From: Corallococcus sp. RDP092CA | GTDB lineage: Bacteria > Myxococcota > Myxococcia > Myxococcales > Myxococcaceae | DNA length: 32,642 bases | Reading direction: 5' to 3' | Assembly: GCF_041903675.1 (NCBI RefSeq) | Contig: NZ_JAYESI010000001.1 | Span: 1-32,642 of the forward strand | Part shown: piece after piece, positions 24,806 to 32,642 of the stretch | Numbering within the stretch: the stretch's first letter is position 1 | Layout: the number at the start of each line of letters is the position of its first letter | Made by a program: the position numbers and the translations under genes | Notes under the pieces: model-generated | What the model saw: only the letters and a program-made list of their open reading frames with translations | Told to the model about the DNA's origin: nothing | Databases searched by the model: none

Positions 24806-26894
24806 TCTGCTGCTGGAGGTCGGCGCCGAGGAGATCCCGGCGTCGTTCATCATCCCCGCGCTGGAGGACCTCCAGCGCGTGCTCACCGAGCGCATGGCCG
24901 ACGCCCGCCTGAAGCACGGCGAGGTGCGCACGTTCGGCACGCCGCGCCGGCTGGCCGTCTGGGTCCGCGACGTGGCGGACTCGGGCGAGGACATCACGAA
25001 GGAGGTGCTGGGCCCCAGCGCCAAGGCCGCCTTCGACGCGCAGGGCAAGCCCACCAAGGCGGCGGAGAAGTTCGCCGAGGGGCTCAAGCTGTCCGTGGAC
25101 GCGCTCGGGCGCACCACCACGGCCAAGGGCGAGTACGTCTCCGCGCGCGTGGAGGAGAAGGGCCGTCCGGCGGAGGCCATCCTCCAGGACGCGGCGCACG
25201 CGGCGGTGCACGGCATCAACTTCAAGAAGTCCATGCGCTGGGGTGACGTGGACACGGCGTTCGCCCGCCCGGTGCAGTGGATGGTGGCGCTCCTGGGCGA
25301 CACGGAGCTGCCGGTGGTGCTGGGCGACGTGAAGGCGGGCCGGACGACCTACGGCCACCGCTTCCTCGCGCCGGGCCCCATCGTGCTGAAGGCGCCCGCG
25401 GACTACGAGGCCGCGCTGGAGAAGGCGCACGTGGTGGCGGACATCGCGAAGCGCCGCGCGGAGCTGGTGCGCAAGGTGACCGCCGCGGCGAAGGCGGAGG
25501 GCGCGCAGCTGCTGGAGGACGAGGGGCTGGTGGACCAGGTGACGAACCTGGTGGAGCTGCCGAGCCCCGTGGTGGGCCGCTTCGAGGAGCGCCACCTGGA
25601 CCTGCCGCCCGAGGTGCTGGTGCAGGAGATGAAGAGCCACCAGCGCTACTTCTCGCTGACGGACGCGAAGGGGAAGCTGCTGCCGCGCTTCATCGCCGTG
25701 TCCAACACGCCGGTGCGCGACGAGCAGCTGTCCCTGCGCGGCTACCAGCGCGTGCTGGCGGCGCGGCTCGCGGACGGGCGCTTCTTCTTCGACGAGGACC
25801 GCCGCACCCCGCTGGCCGACCGCGTGGAGAAGCTGGGCCGCGTGGTGTGGCAGGGGCAGCTGGGCACGTACCTGGAGAAGGTGGAGCGCTTCCGCTCGCT
25901 GGCGCTCTGGCTGGCCCAGGCCACGGGCATGGCAGGGGAGTCCGCCACGGTGGAGCGCGCCGCCACGCTGTCCAAGGCGGACCTCGTCACCGGCATGGTG
26001 GGCGAGTTCCCGGAGCTCCAGGGCGTGATGGGCCGCGAGTACGCGCGCGCGGGCGGTGAGCCCGAGGCGGTGGCGCTGGCCATCTTCGAGCACTACCTGC
26101 CCCGCGGGGCCGAGGACGCGCTGCCGTCGCAGGACGCGGGCGCGCTCATCGGCCTGGCGGACCGGCTGGACTCGCTGTGCGGCATCTTCGCCATCGGCAA
26201 GGCGCCGTCGGGCGCGGCGGATCCGTTCGCGCTGCGCCGCGCGTGTCTGTCCATCATCCGCATCGTGCTGGGGCGCGGCTACCGCTTCAGCCTGTCCGCC
26301 GCGGTGGACGAGGCGCTGCGCCTGCTGGCCCCCCGGCTGGCCAACGTGAAGCGCAAGCCGGGGGAAGCGGCCCCGCGCGAGCAGGTGCTGGAGTTCTTCC
26401 GCGGCCGCCTCAAGGCGCTGTGGGGCGAGCAGCACCGCACCGACGTCGTGGAGGCGGTGCTGGCCGTGGGCTTCGACGACCTGGTCGCGGCGAAGAAGCG
26501 CCTGGAGGCCCTGAGCGTGCTCGTGGGCCACGCGGACTTCCAGCCGCTGGCGGCGGCGTTCAAGCGCGTGGTCAACATCGTGGAGAAGCAGGGCAAGGAC
26601 GTGGCCGGCGGGCAGACCAACCCGCAGCGCTTCACGGACGAGCCGGAGAAGCACCTCCACACCGCCTTCACCCAGGCGCGCGCCAGGGTGGGCGAGCACG
26701 TGCGCGCGGACGACTTCGCCAGCGCGCTCAAGGAGATCACCGGCCTAAAGCCCGCCGTGGACACCTTCTTCGACAAGGTGATGGTGATGGCCGAGGACAA
26801 GGACCTGCGGGAGAACCGCATCCGGTTCCTCACGGAGATTGGCGCCCTGTTCAACCAGGTGGCGGACTTTTCCAAGATCCAGGCCGAGGCCTGA
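24795..26894 (+). CDS. glyS: Glycine--tRNA ligase beta subunit
   Basis: GTG 24795 with SD GGAGG at 24784-24788 overlaps the glyQ 3' end by 11 nt. The product [57 protein letters not shown]... is the GlyS family. 699 aa. Confidence 0.93.
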   Translation: MARDLLLEVGAEEIPASFIIPALEDLQRVLTERMADARLKHGEVRTFGTPRRLAVWVRDVADSGEDITKEVLGPSAKAAFDAQGKPTKAAEKFAEGLKLSVDALGRTTTAKGEYVSARVEEKGRPAEAILQDAAHAAVHGINFKKSMRWGDVDTAFARPVQWMVALLGDTELPVVLGDVKAGRTTYGHRFLAPGPIVLKAPADYEAALEKAHVVADIAKRRAELVRKVTAAAKAEGAQLLEDEGLVDQVTNLVELPSPVVGRFEERHLDLPPEVLVQEMKSHQRYFSLTDAKGKLLPRFIAVSNTPVRDEQLSLRGYQRVLAARLADGRFFFDEDRRTPLADRVEKLGRVVWQGQLGTYLEKVERFRSLALWLAQATGMAGESATVERAATLSKADLVTGMVGEFPELQGVMGREYARAGGEPEAVALAIFEHYLPRGAEDALPSQDAGALIGLADRLDSLCGIFAIGKAPSGAADPFALRRACLSIIRIVLGRGYRFSLSAAVDEALRLLAPRLANVKRKPGEAAPREQVLEFFRGRLKALWGEQHRTDVVEAVLAVGFDDLVAAKKRLEALSVLVGHADFQPLAAAFKRVVNIVEKQGKDVAGGQTNPQRFTDEPEKHLHTAFTQARARVGEHVRADDFASALKEITGLKPAVDTFFDKVMVMAEDKDLRENRIRFLTEIGALFNQVADFSKIQAEA

Positions 26895-26896
26895 GG
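26890..26896. repeat. Putative target-site duplication, left copy (CCTGAGG), containing the glyS TGA stop
   Basis: It lies immediately outside IRL. An identical heptamer sits immediately outside IRR at 28245-28251. Confidence 0.5.
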
Positions 26897-28244
26897 GCGT
26901 GAGAAAAAATTAACGATACTGATGCGTCCGCAGGACGCATAAGCATCTCTGTGCGAGCATGACTCGCCATGGCGGGAAGCAGACGGCCGCGAGTGCGTGT
27001 GCTGCGGCCGAGACGGGCTCAGGTGCTGACGGCTCGGACCTATGAGCAGTTGGTTGACCGAGGTCATCCGGTCCGAGCCGTATGGGCGGCTGTCGAAGCG
27101 CTAGACATGTCGGACTTCGAGCGCGCCATCCGCGCTCGTCCCCATCACGCGGGCCGTTCGGCGGTGGACCCGAAGCTGTTGCTGGCGCTGTGGGTGTATG
27201 GGCAGATGGAGGGGCTCTCCAGCGCTCATGCCATTGCTGCCAGGCTGCGCACGGACGTTGCGTATTGGTGGTTGTGCGGCGGCGTCGGAGTGTCGGCACA
27301 TACGCTGTCCTCCTTCATGACGCGCTCAGGCCCTGCCTTCCGGGCGTTGCTGGGCAAGCTGCTGGATGACCTGTGCAGCCGCGGTGCCGTACGCCGGCCA
27401 CGGCGACTTGCACAGGACGGCACGCGTGTGCGGGCCTCCGCAGGGGCCGCCTCTTTTCACCGCAAGGCCACCCTGCAGAAACGGGCCACTGAGGCTGCTG
27501 CCGCCGGCCAGTGCCGGCGGGGCGCCAGCCCCCAGGCACGTGCGGCGCGCAAACGCGCTCGGGCCGATTTACAGGCTCGGGCGGCACTCGCGCTTGCTGC
27601 TTTGCCGGCAGCGGCACGGCGTAAGAAACGTGCGAAGGGGGGCGCTCGTGGCGAACCCCGAGCCTCTCTCACCGACCCACAGGCACACGTGATGCGCATG
27701 CCAGACGGCGGCTACCGCCCCGCCTACAACGCGCAGGCCGTCTCGGACGTGGAGAGCCGGCTCGCATTGGCCGGTCGTGTCACCAATGAGGGGGCGGACA
27801 CGGCCCAGTTGCTACCGATGGTGCACTGTGTGGCCCACGTCCTGGGACTCAAGCCCGAAGCTTGGTTGGTAGACGGGGCCTATCGGAATCTCAAGGCCTT
27901 CTCCGCGCTCGAATCGCAGGGCATTCGTGTCTTCTCTCCTCTACCGGCGCGCAAGAACCTGCTTCCACCGGGGGAGCAGCGCAGGCGCCGACGAGGCGAA
28001 CCCATCGAGGCGTGGCGTGCGCGGATGCAGACACTCGCAGGCAAGCGCACATACGCCCAGCGCGCACCGACGGCGGAACTGCTCAATGCGCAGGTCAAGG
28101 AGCGCCAAGGCCTGCGCAGGCTTCACGTACGAGGTCGCAAGCGAGCCGAAGCTGCATGGCTGCTCGCACTCGTCGCCCACAACCTTCTGCTCGCCATCGC
28201 GCAAGGGTGGCTCGGCGAGCCGGAAGGCTCATTTTTTCTCACGC
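26897..28244 (+). mobile_element. Complete insertion sequence, IS1182-family-like (IS5/IS4 superfamily), about 1348 bp, with 14-bp perfect terminal inverted repeats
   Basis: IRL GCGTGAGAAAAAAT (26897-26910) and IRR ATTTTTTCTCACGC (28231-28244) are perfect reverse complements. Including the flanks gives a 23-bp IR with one mismatch (26888-26910 vs 28231-28253). The element holds a single DDE transposase ORF with a DUF772-like N-terminus and is abruptly AT-rich at its ends against about 70% GC context. The 7-bp direct repeat CCTGAGG flanks it (26890-26896 and 28245-28251). Its size fits the IS1182 family range. Confidence 0.78.
26922..26940 (+). other. Perfect 8-bp hairpin just inside IRL, upstream of the transposase start
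   Basis: ATGCGTCC-GCA-GGACGCAT. IS elements commonly carry such structures to block translation from read-through transcripts or to bind transposase. Confidence 0.4.
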
Positions 28245-28249
28245 CCTGA
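26969..28249 (+). CDS. IS1182-family DDE transposase (DUF772 N-terminal domain plus DDE_Tnp_1-like catalytic domain)
   Basis: 426 aa. The N-terminal region has the DUF772/InsH-like motif DPKLLLALWVYGQMEGLSSAHAIAARLRTDVAYWWLCGG...HTLSSFMTR. The catalytic region reads HVMRMPDGGYRPAYNAQAVSD...LVDGAYRNLKAFSALESQGIRVFSPLP. The C-terminus reads RLHVRGRKRAEAAWLLALVAHNLLLAIAQ. The ORF ends with the TGA inside the right-hand CCTGAGG. Confidence 0.8.
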   Translation: MAGSRRPRVRVLRPRRAQVLTARTYEQLVDRGHPVRAVWAAVEALDMSDFERAIRARPHHAGRSAVDPKLLLALWVYGQMEGLSSAHAIAARLRTDVAYWWLCGGVGVSAHTLSSFMTRSGPAFRALLGKLLDDLCSRGAVRRPRRLAQDGTRVRASAGAASFHRKATLQKRATEAAAAGQCRRGASPQARAARKRARADLQARAALALAALPAAARRKKRAKGGARGEPRASLTDPQAHVMRMPDGGYRPAYNAQAVSDVESRLALAGRVTNEGADTAQLLPMVHCVAHVLGLKPEAWLVDGAYRNLKAFSALESQGIRVFSPLPARKNLLPPGEQRRRRRGEPIEAWRARMQTLAGKRTYAQRAPTAELLNAQVKERQGLRRLHVRGRKRAEAAWLLALVAHNLLLAIAQGWLGEPEGSFFLTP

Positions 28250-28251
28250 GG
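28245..28251. repeat. Putative target-site duplication, right copy (CCTGAGG), containing the transposase TGA stop
   Basis: Identical to 26890-26896. Because CCTGAGG is a near-palindrome (CCTNAGG), the alternative reading is a 23-bp imperfect IR with no TSD. Confidence 0.5.
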
Positions 28252-28415
28252 CCCCACCGCCGCTTCACCGCCGGAGCGTGCCCGTTTCCCCACCAAGGGA
28301 GCGGCGCACGCCTTCCGGGCGGGGGCGGATGTCCGCGGGCGGGCGTCCGGGAATAGCGGCAGCCCTATTCAGTTGCCCGGGGCAGGGCCGCGTTCCTACA
28401 CTCCGCCCCCCTCTG

Positions 28416-29945
28416 ATGCGCCTCCACTTCCTGACCCCCGCGCTGCTGCTCCTCGGGGCGTGTTCGATCGAGTCCGAACCGAACCCGCCTCCGTCCACCC
28501 GCTTCGTGTACCCCAGCGGGGTGGCGTTCTGGCGCCCTCCGTCGGCGGGAGGCCCCTCGGCGAGCAACGGCTACCTCTTCGTCGCGAACGCCAACTTCGA
28601 CAACTGCTACGACTCCGGTTCAGTGGTGGCGCTGAACCTGGACACGCTGAGCACGCAGCAGGACGGGCAGGCCGTCGCCTTGCCCCACCTGGGCGGCGCG
28701 CTCCCGGAGTCCTCGCTCGCCTTCGAGGACCTGGCGTCCTCGGACGAAGCGCTCGTGCAGATCCGCAGCTTCGCGGGCGAGCTGGGCCTGTGGGTGAACC
28801 CGGCCACCGGGCTGCCGCGCCTGTTCGTGCCCTCGCGCGCGGAGGGCAACAACCTGCACGCCGTGGACGTGGGCCTGACGGCCAGCGGCGCGCCGACGCT
28901 CACCTGCGTGCAGGGCGGCGTGGACTGCCGCAACGGCGCGCTGTCGCTCACGGACGACATCCCGTCATCCCTCAGCGAGGAGGGCCGCTCGGGCCTGCCG
29001 CGCGCGCCGTCGCCCATTGGCGTGACGGTGGATGACGCGAGCGGCACCCTGTACGTGACGCACTCGGAGGCGGCGGACTCGCCCGCGAAGTCCAGCACCA
29101 ACTTCGAGAACTACCTGGCCACGGTGAAGCTGGACAACCCCACGCGGGACACGCTGGGCTTCATCCCGCTGTCGCCCGAGGGCTACGCCTACGGCGGCTC
29201 GGACTCGGTGACGGTGGGCGCGGGCTACCTCTACGTGACGGGCCGCAACTTCGTGGCCGGCGTCAGCGGCACGGTGGCCGCCAACTTCGTGCTGCGGCTG
29301 GTGGACAAGAACCAGCCCGGCACGCTCCTGGAGCCCTCGTTGCAGTCGGTGTACCGCATCCGCGAGGCGCGCGCGGTGCGCGTGGTGCCCCGGCCGGTGA
29401 CGGCGGCGGAGCTGGCGGCGGATCCGAACTTCGTGCGCGAGCGGCTCTACCTGCTGGCGCGCGGCCCGGACACGCTGCTCACCATCGACTTCGAGTACGA
29501 CGCGGTGCCGGGCGGCGCCGCCAGCCAGCCCTACTTCCGGGTGGTCTCCGCGGTGCCCATGCCCGACGGCGTGAGCGACATGCAGCTCATCTCTCGCACG
29601 CCGGGCACGTCCAACGCGGACACCAACATCATCGCGGTGACGAGCACGGGCGACAGCGCGGTGTCCTTCTACGACGAGGCGCTCGGGCAGGTCGTGGCGC
29701 AGGTGCCGCTCGTCAACGACCTGAACCAGGGCAGCAACCCGTCGCAGGCCTTCGGGCTGACGGTGGACAACCCCGCCGGGACGAACGCGGCGCGGCTGTT
29801 CGTGACCAACTTCGGTGACAGCCAGGTATCCATCGTGGACATCCCCGACCTGGCGCGTCCCCAGGACGCGCGGCTGGTGGCGAAGCTGGGCATCCAGCAG
29901 CAGCGCGATCCGAACCAGGGCACCAGCGTGTGCCAGGAGAACTGA
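28416..29945 (+). CDS. Lipoprotein with YVTN-type beta-propeller-like repeats
   Basis: ATG 28416 gives MRLHFLTPALLLLGAC with lipobox LLGAC. The ORF-track start 27927 is an in-frame extension running back into the IS. Repeated motifs of the 40-residue YVTN beta-propeller type occur (YLFVANANFDN, LYVTHSEAADS, LYVTGRNF, LFVTNFGDSQVSIVDIP). 509 aa. Confidence 0.72.
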   Translation: MRLHFLTPALLLLGACSIESEPNPPPSTRFVYPSGVAFWRPPSAGGPSASNGYLFVANANFDNCYDSGSVVALNLDTLSTQQDGQAVALPHLGGALPESSLAFEDLASSDEALVQIRSFAGELGLWVNPATGLPRLFVPSRAEGNNLHAVDVGLTASGAPTLTCVQGGVDCRNGALSLTDDIPSSLSEEGRSGLPRAPSPIGVTVDDASGTLYVTHSEAADSPAKSSTNFENYLATVKLDNPTRDTLGFIPLSPEGYAYGGSDSVTVGAGYLYVTGRNFVAGVSGTVAANFVLRLVDKNQPGTLLEPSLQSVYRIREARAVRVVPRPVTAAELAADPNFVRERLYLLARGPDTLLTIDFEYDAVPGGAASQPYFRVVSAVPMPDGVSDMQLISRTPGTSNADTNIIAVTSTGDSAVSFYDEALGQVVAQVPLVNDLNQGSNPSQAFGLTVDNPAGTNAARLFVTNFGDSQVSIVDIPDLARPQDARLVAKLGIQQQRDPNQGTSVCQEN

Positions 29946-29947
29946 CC

Positions 29948-32194
29948 TTGAAGCGCGGCTTTCTTGCTGCCCTGTTGCTGAGCGGCGCGGGCCTCGCGCT
30001 CGCCTGCTCCGACACCACCTCCACCGCGGGTATCGCCGGTCTGTCCGGCACGTACGACGTGGTGCTCTCCAACGATCTCGTCTTCGTCACCTCGCAGGAC
30101 CGGGATGAGCTGCGCGTGCTGGACCTGGGGCGGTCGCCGCGTGACTTCATCCCCGCGCCCAACCCGCTGGAGCCCCTGGCCATCCCCGTCATCGCGCGGC
30201 CGGATTCGCTCACCCGCGACGTGAGCTACAGCGAAGTGAACAAGGAGGCGTCGGGCCCGTACGTCTACGCGCGCAGCTCCGGCGGCCGCGGCATCTCCGT
30301 GGTGGCCGCGGACCGCGAGCGCCTCAACGAGGTGACGCGCCTGGCGACCGGCGAGCTCATCACCGCCTTCGCCGCGCACGCCCCCGTGGCGGCCGGCGCG
30401 CCCAGTGTCCTGTACTACGCGCTCCAGACGCGCCCGCAGGCCGCCGAGCAGCTGTGCGGCCCCTTCGGCGGCGGGGTGGTGATGCGCCAGGACCTGCCCG
30501 GACCGGACGGCTTCGACGCGGCCGCGCTGCCGCCCGCGCTGCCGGTCTTCTGCCTCAAGCCGGCGGACACGGTGATGTCCCTGCTCTCGCTGCCCCCCCA
30601 GGCCGACAAGCCGGACTCGCTGGTGGTCGCCATCCGCAACGTGTCCGGCACCAGCCGGCTGGTGCGCGTGGTGGCGGACGGGACCAACGTGGAGATCCCC
30701 TACAAGCGGCCGCGTCCGGCGCCGTTCACGGTGCCCACGTACACGGACCTGGTGGACATCCCGGCGCGGCTCGTGGCCACGCACCCCAGCTACGAGGTGC
30801 AGCGGGCCAAGGTGAATGATGCATGCCCGGAGGGCACCACGACGAGGGCCATTGATGAGAACGACCCTCCGACGACGATCTGCATCGAGACCTGGCCCGC
30901 GGGCCGCTTCGTGTACGCGGTGCTGGATGAGCTGACCTGCAACTCGTCGGACTGCGAGGGCGTCATCGCGCTCGACAACGGGCCGGATCCGGTGAATGCG
31001 CCGTCCGCGGCGCCGGTGCTCGCCCGCGACATCACCGGCGCGCCCATGCTGACGCTGCGGCCGACCGCGGGCCTGCCCACGGGCCTCACGCTGGTGCCGG
31101 GCCAGGAGGTCCGCGAGCTGCTGTCGGACAGCGTGGCCTACCGCAGCGCCATCCCGCTCCTGGGCATCATGCCGTCGTCCAGCGGGGAGATCACCCTGTT
31201 CCGCGCCGACGAGCGCCGCGCGTTCAACCTGGACCGGCATCCGACCGATGGACCGCTGAACGCGTCGGTGACCTCGGACCTGCGCGACGGCAACGAGGTC
31301 TCGTACACGGAGCAGTCCCAGGGCGTCCTGGTGAACGAACCGGGCTGTCCCCAGGCGACCGACGCGACCAACGCCACCGCGTTCCTCTGCAACGGGACGG
31401 TGCCCAGCGGGACGTACCGTCTGGTCTACCAGGGGCTGCTGCCCGGGCTCGTCGGCCTCACGCGCGATGTGCGCGAGGAGGACCCGCCGCTCCTCATCGA
31501 AACGTCGCTGGCGACGGCGCGCGGGGTGATGCCGGGGGACTCCATCGTGCTGGCCAACAACGCGGGCCCCTGCGCGGCGAGCATCCCCATCCTCCGCCTG
31601 GAGGACCAGGGCAACGGCCTGACGCGCCTCTACCCGGACCTGTCCGACCCGGCCGTCGCGGACGCCGTGGCGCCGTGCTCGTCATATCCGGCGTTCGACG
31701 TGCGCGCGGGCCCGAACGCGAAGCCCTTCGTGCTCTACTCGGGCCTGGAGACCAGCGACACGTACGTGAAGCGGCTGGACGTGAACGAGGCGTACACGGT
31801 CTCCAGCTTCCTGGACTACTACTACCACCCGGACGACTTCGACCTGGGCCTGGAGCCGCCCAAGACGCCCCCCACCCGGTACGTCCCCGCGCCGCTGACG
31901 CTCACCCTCACGCCGACCGTCTGCGCCCCCACCACGCCGTGCCGGCTGGTGCCGGGGGACCGCTTCGTGGTGACGCTGCAGCCGCGCTTCCGCCGGTTCG
32001 TCTTCGGGGTGGACACCAGCTCGACGAGCAACCTGGCGGTCTACACCCTGCCTTCTTCCGTGGTGGCCACGGCCGTGGACGGCGCCAGCCTGGCCTTCAT
32101 CGCCTACCCCTCGGCGGACGGCATCCTCCAGGTGGCGCTGGAGTCGATCAGCGATAACGTGGACAACCTCACGTATCTCCGGGCGTTCCAGTAA
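29948..32194 (+). CDS. Large lipoprotein (about 749 aa), probable beta-propeller/beta-rich surface protein
   Basis: A TTG at 29948, 3 nt after the upstream TGA, would give M-KRGFLAALLLSGAGLALAC, a textbook lipoprotein signal with lipobox LALAC. GGAG lies about 10 nt upstream. The alternative is the GTG at 29930 (ORF-track start), overlapping the upstream gene by 16 nt. YVTN-like segments are present (LVFVTSQDRDELRVLDLG, YVYARSSGGRGISVV). TAA at 32192-32194. Confidence 0.68.
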   Translation: MKRGFLAALLLSGAGLALACSDTTSTAGIAGLSGTYDVVLSNDLVFVTSQDRDELRVLDLGRSPRDFIPAPNPLEPLAIPVIARPDSLTRDVSYSEVNKEASGPYVYARSSGGRGISVVAADRERLNEVTRLATGELITAFAAHAPVAAGAPSVLYYALQTRPQAAEQLCGPFGGGVVMRQDLPGPDGFDAAALPPALPVFCLKPADTVMSLLSLPPQADKPDSLVVAIRNVSGTSRLVRVVADGTNVEIPYKRPRPAPFTVPTYTDLVDIPARLVATHPSYEVQRAKVNDACPEGTTTRAIDENDPPTTICIETWPAGRFVYAVLDELTCNSSDCEGVIALDNGPDPVNAPSAAPVLARDITGAPMLTLRPTAGLPTGLTLVPGQEVRELLSDSVAYRSAIPLLGIMPSSSGEITLFRADERRAFNLDRHPTDGPLNASVTSDLRDGNEVSYTEQSQGVLVNEPGCPQATDATNATAFLCNGTVPSGTYRLVYQGLLPGLVGLTRDVREEDPPLLIETSLATARGVMPGDSIVLANNAGPCAASIPILRLEDQGNGLTRLYPDLSDPAVADAVAPCSSYPAFDVRAGPNAKPFVLYSGLETSDTYVKRLDVNEAYTVSSFLDYYYHPDDFDLGLEPPKTPPTRYVPAPLTLTLTPTVCAPTTPCRLVPGDRFVVTLQPRFRRFVFGVDTSSTSNLAVYTLPSSVVATAVDGASLAFIAYPSADGILQVALESISDNVDNLTYLRAFQ

Positions 32195-32257
32195 CTGGGC
32201 GCGCCCAGCCGGCTCTGCTATCGTCCCTCACGTCCAGCATTTCCCGAGCCAAGACCG

Positions 32258-32642
32258 ATGATCGATCAGAACTCCCGTCCCGCACGCAAGGTCGGCATCG
32301 CCGAACACCTGTGGGAGACGTACGAAGAGATGGCCCAGCAGATGGGGTCGGATCGCGACGCGCTCATCAACCAGGCGCTGTTCATGTTCGCGCGCCTCAA
32401 CGGCTTCATCGACGTCAGGACCAAGGGTGAGCCCGTCGTGGCGGCGGTGCCGTCCCCCACGCCCGCCCCGGCCGTGCGTCCTGCCGCCGCGCCGCCACCC
32501 GCCAAGGGCGCTCCGCCAGTGCTGAACCCCGCGCCGGCGCCCGCGCGCTCCGCCGCGCGCAACGTGGAGGAGCGTCCGTCCTCCAACGGGCTGGACAATG
32601 ATCCGGTGCGCCGCGAGGTCGCCGAGCGCGTCCTGGAGACGG
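32258..32642 (+). CDS. Hypothetical protein, 5' part only (RHH-like N-terminus followed by Pro/Ala-rich low-complexity linker)
   Basis: ATG 32258 gives MIDQNSRPARKVGIAEHLWETYEEMAQQMGSDRDALINQALFMFARLNGFIDVRTKGEPVVAAVPSPTPAPAVRPAAAPPPAKGAPP... and is open to the window end. It is absent from the ORF track because it has no stop. Strong third-position GC bias favours this + frame over the overlapping minus-strand ORF 32266..32598. Confidence 0.55.
   Translation, partial: MIDQNSRPARKVGIAEHLWETYEEMAQQMGSDRDALINQALFMFARLNGFIDVRTKGEPVVAAVPSPTPAPAVRPAAAPPPAKGAPPVLNPAPAPARSAARNVEERPSSNGLDNDPVRREVAERVLET

Noticed and set aside
26888-26910. Interpretation of GGCCTGAGGGCGTGAGAAAAAAT as a native glyS terminator
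   Set aside because: The same 23-mer recurs inverted about 1.34 kb downstream (28231-28253), bracketing a transposase gene. No hairpin plus T-tract forms locally. So it is an IS terminal repeat, not a terminator.
32266-32598. 110-aa minus-strand ORF at the window end
   Set aside because: It is antisense to a + strand frame with strong myxobacterial codon bias and a clean ATG start. Its product is Gly/Ala-rich low complexity.

Overview
This is a high-GC (about 68-70%) window, almost entirely coding on the + strand. It looks myxobacterial (Myxococcus/Corallococcus-like), judging from codon bias, a PEGA-domain Ser/Thr kinase, many lipoproteins and a Tgl-like TPR lipoprotein.

**1..13.1 kb:** the classical, highly conserved tuf / rif cluster. 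It runs tuf 3' end, rpmG, tRNA-Trp, secE, nusG, rplK, rplA, an L10-leader region, rplJ, rplL, an attenuator, rpoB, rpoC, then a strong rho-independent terminator.

**13.2-17.4 kb:** two paralogous phasin-like genes, a lytic transglycosylase (SLT domain), two conserved hypothetical genes (one secreted), a Tgl-like TPR lipoprotein, and a small HTH plus transmembrane protein (RodZ N-terminus-like).

**17.4-23.7 kb:** recO, a PfkB-family sugar/nucleoside kinase, two tandem, translationally coupled RlaP/COG3541-type Pol-beta nucleotidyltransferases, and a membrane Ser/Thr kinase with a periplasmic PEGA domain. The kinase-plus-two-nucleotidyltransferases module is the most interesting candidate for an uncharacterised system.

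**23.8-26.9 kb:** glyQ and glyS.

**26.9-28.25 kb:** a complete IS1182-family-like insertion sequence (about 1.35 kb). It has 14-bp perfect terminal inverted repeats (23 bp with one mismatch). It sits exactly on the glyS stop codon, with what looks like a 7-bp CCTGAGG target duplication that supplies the TGA stop for both glyS and the transposase.

**28.4-32.2 kb:** two tandem, large YVTN beta-propeller-like lipoproteins.

**32.26 kb to end:** the 5' part of a gene encoding an RHH-like N-terminus followed by a Pro/Ala-rich linker.

No rRNA, CRISPR array or prophage is visible. The long minus-strand ORFs in the six-frame track are GC-driven antisense artefacts. All coordinates were derived by hand from the sequence and the ORF track. 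Family assignments come from recognised motifs, not database searches.
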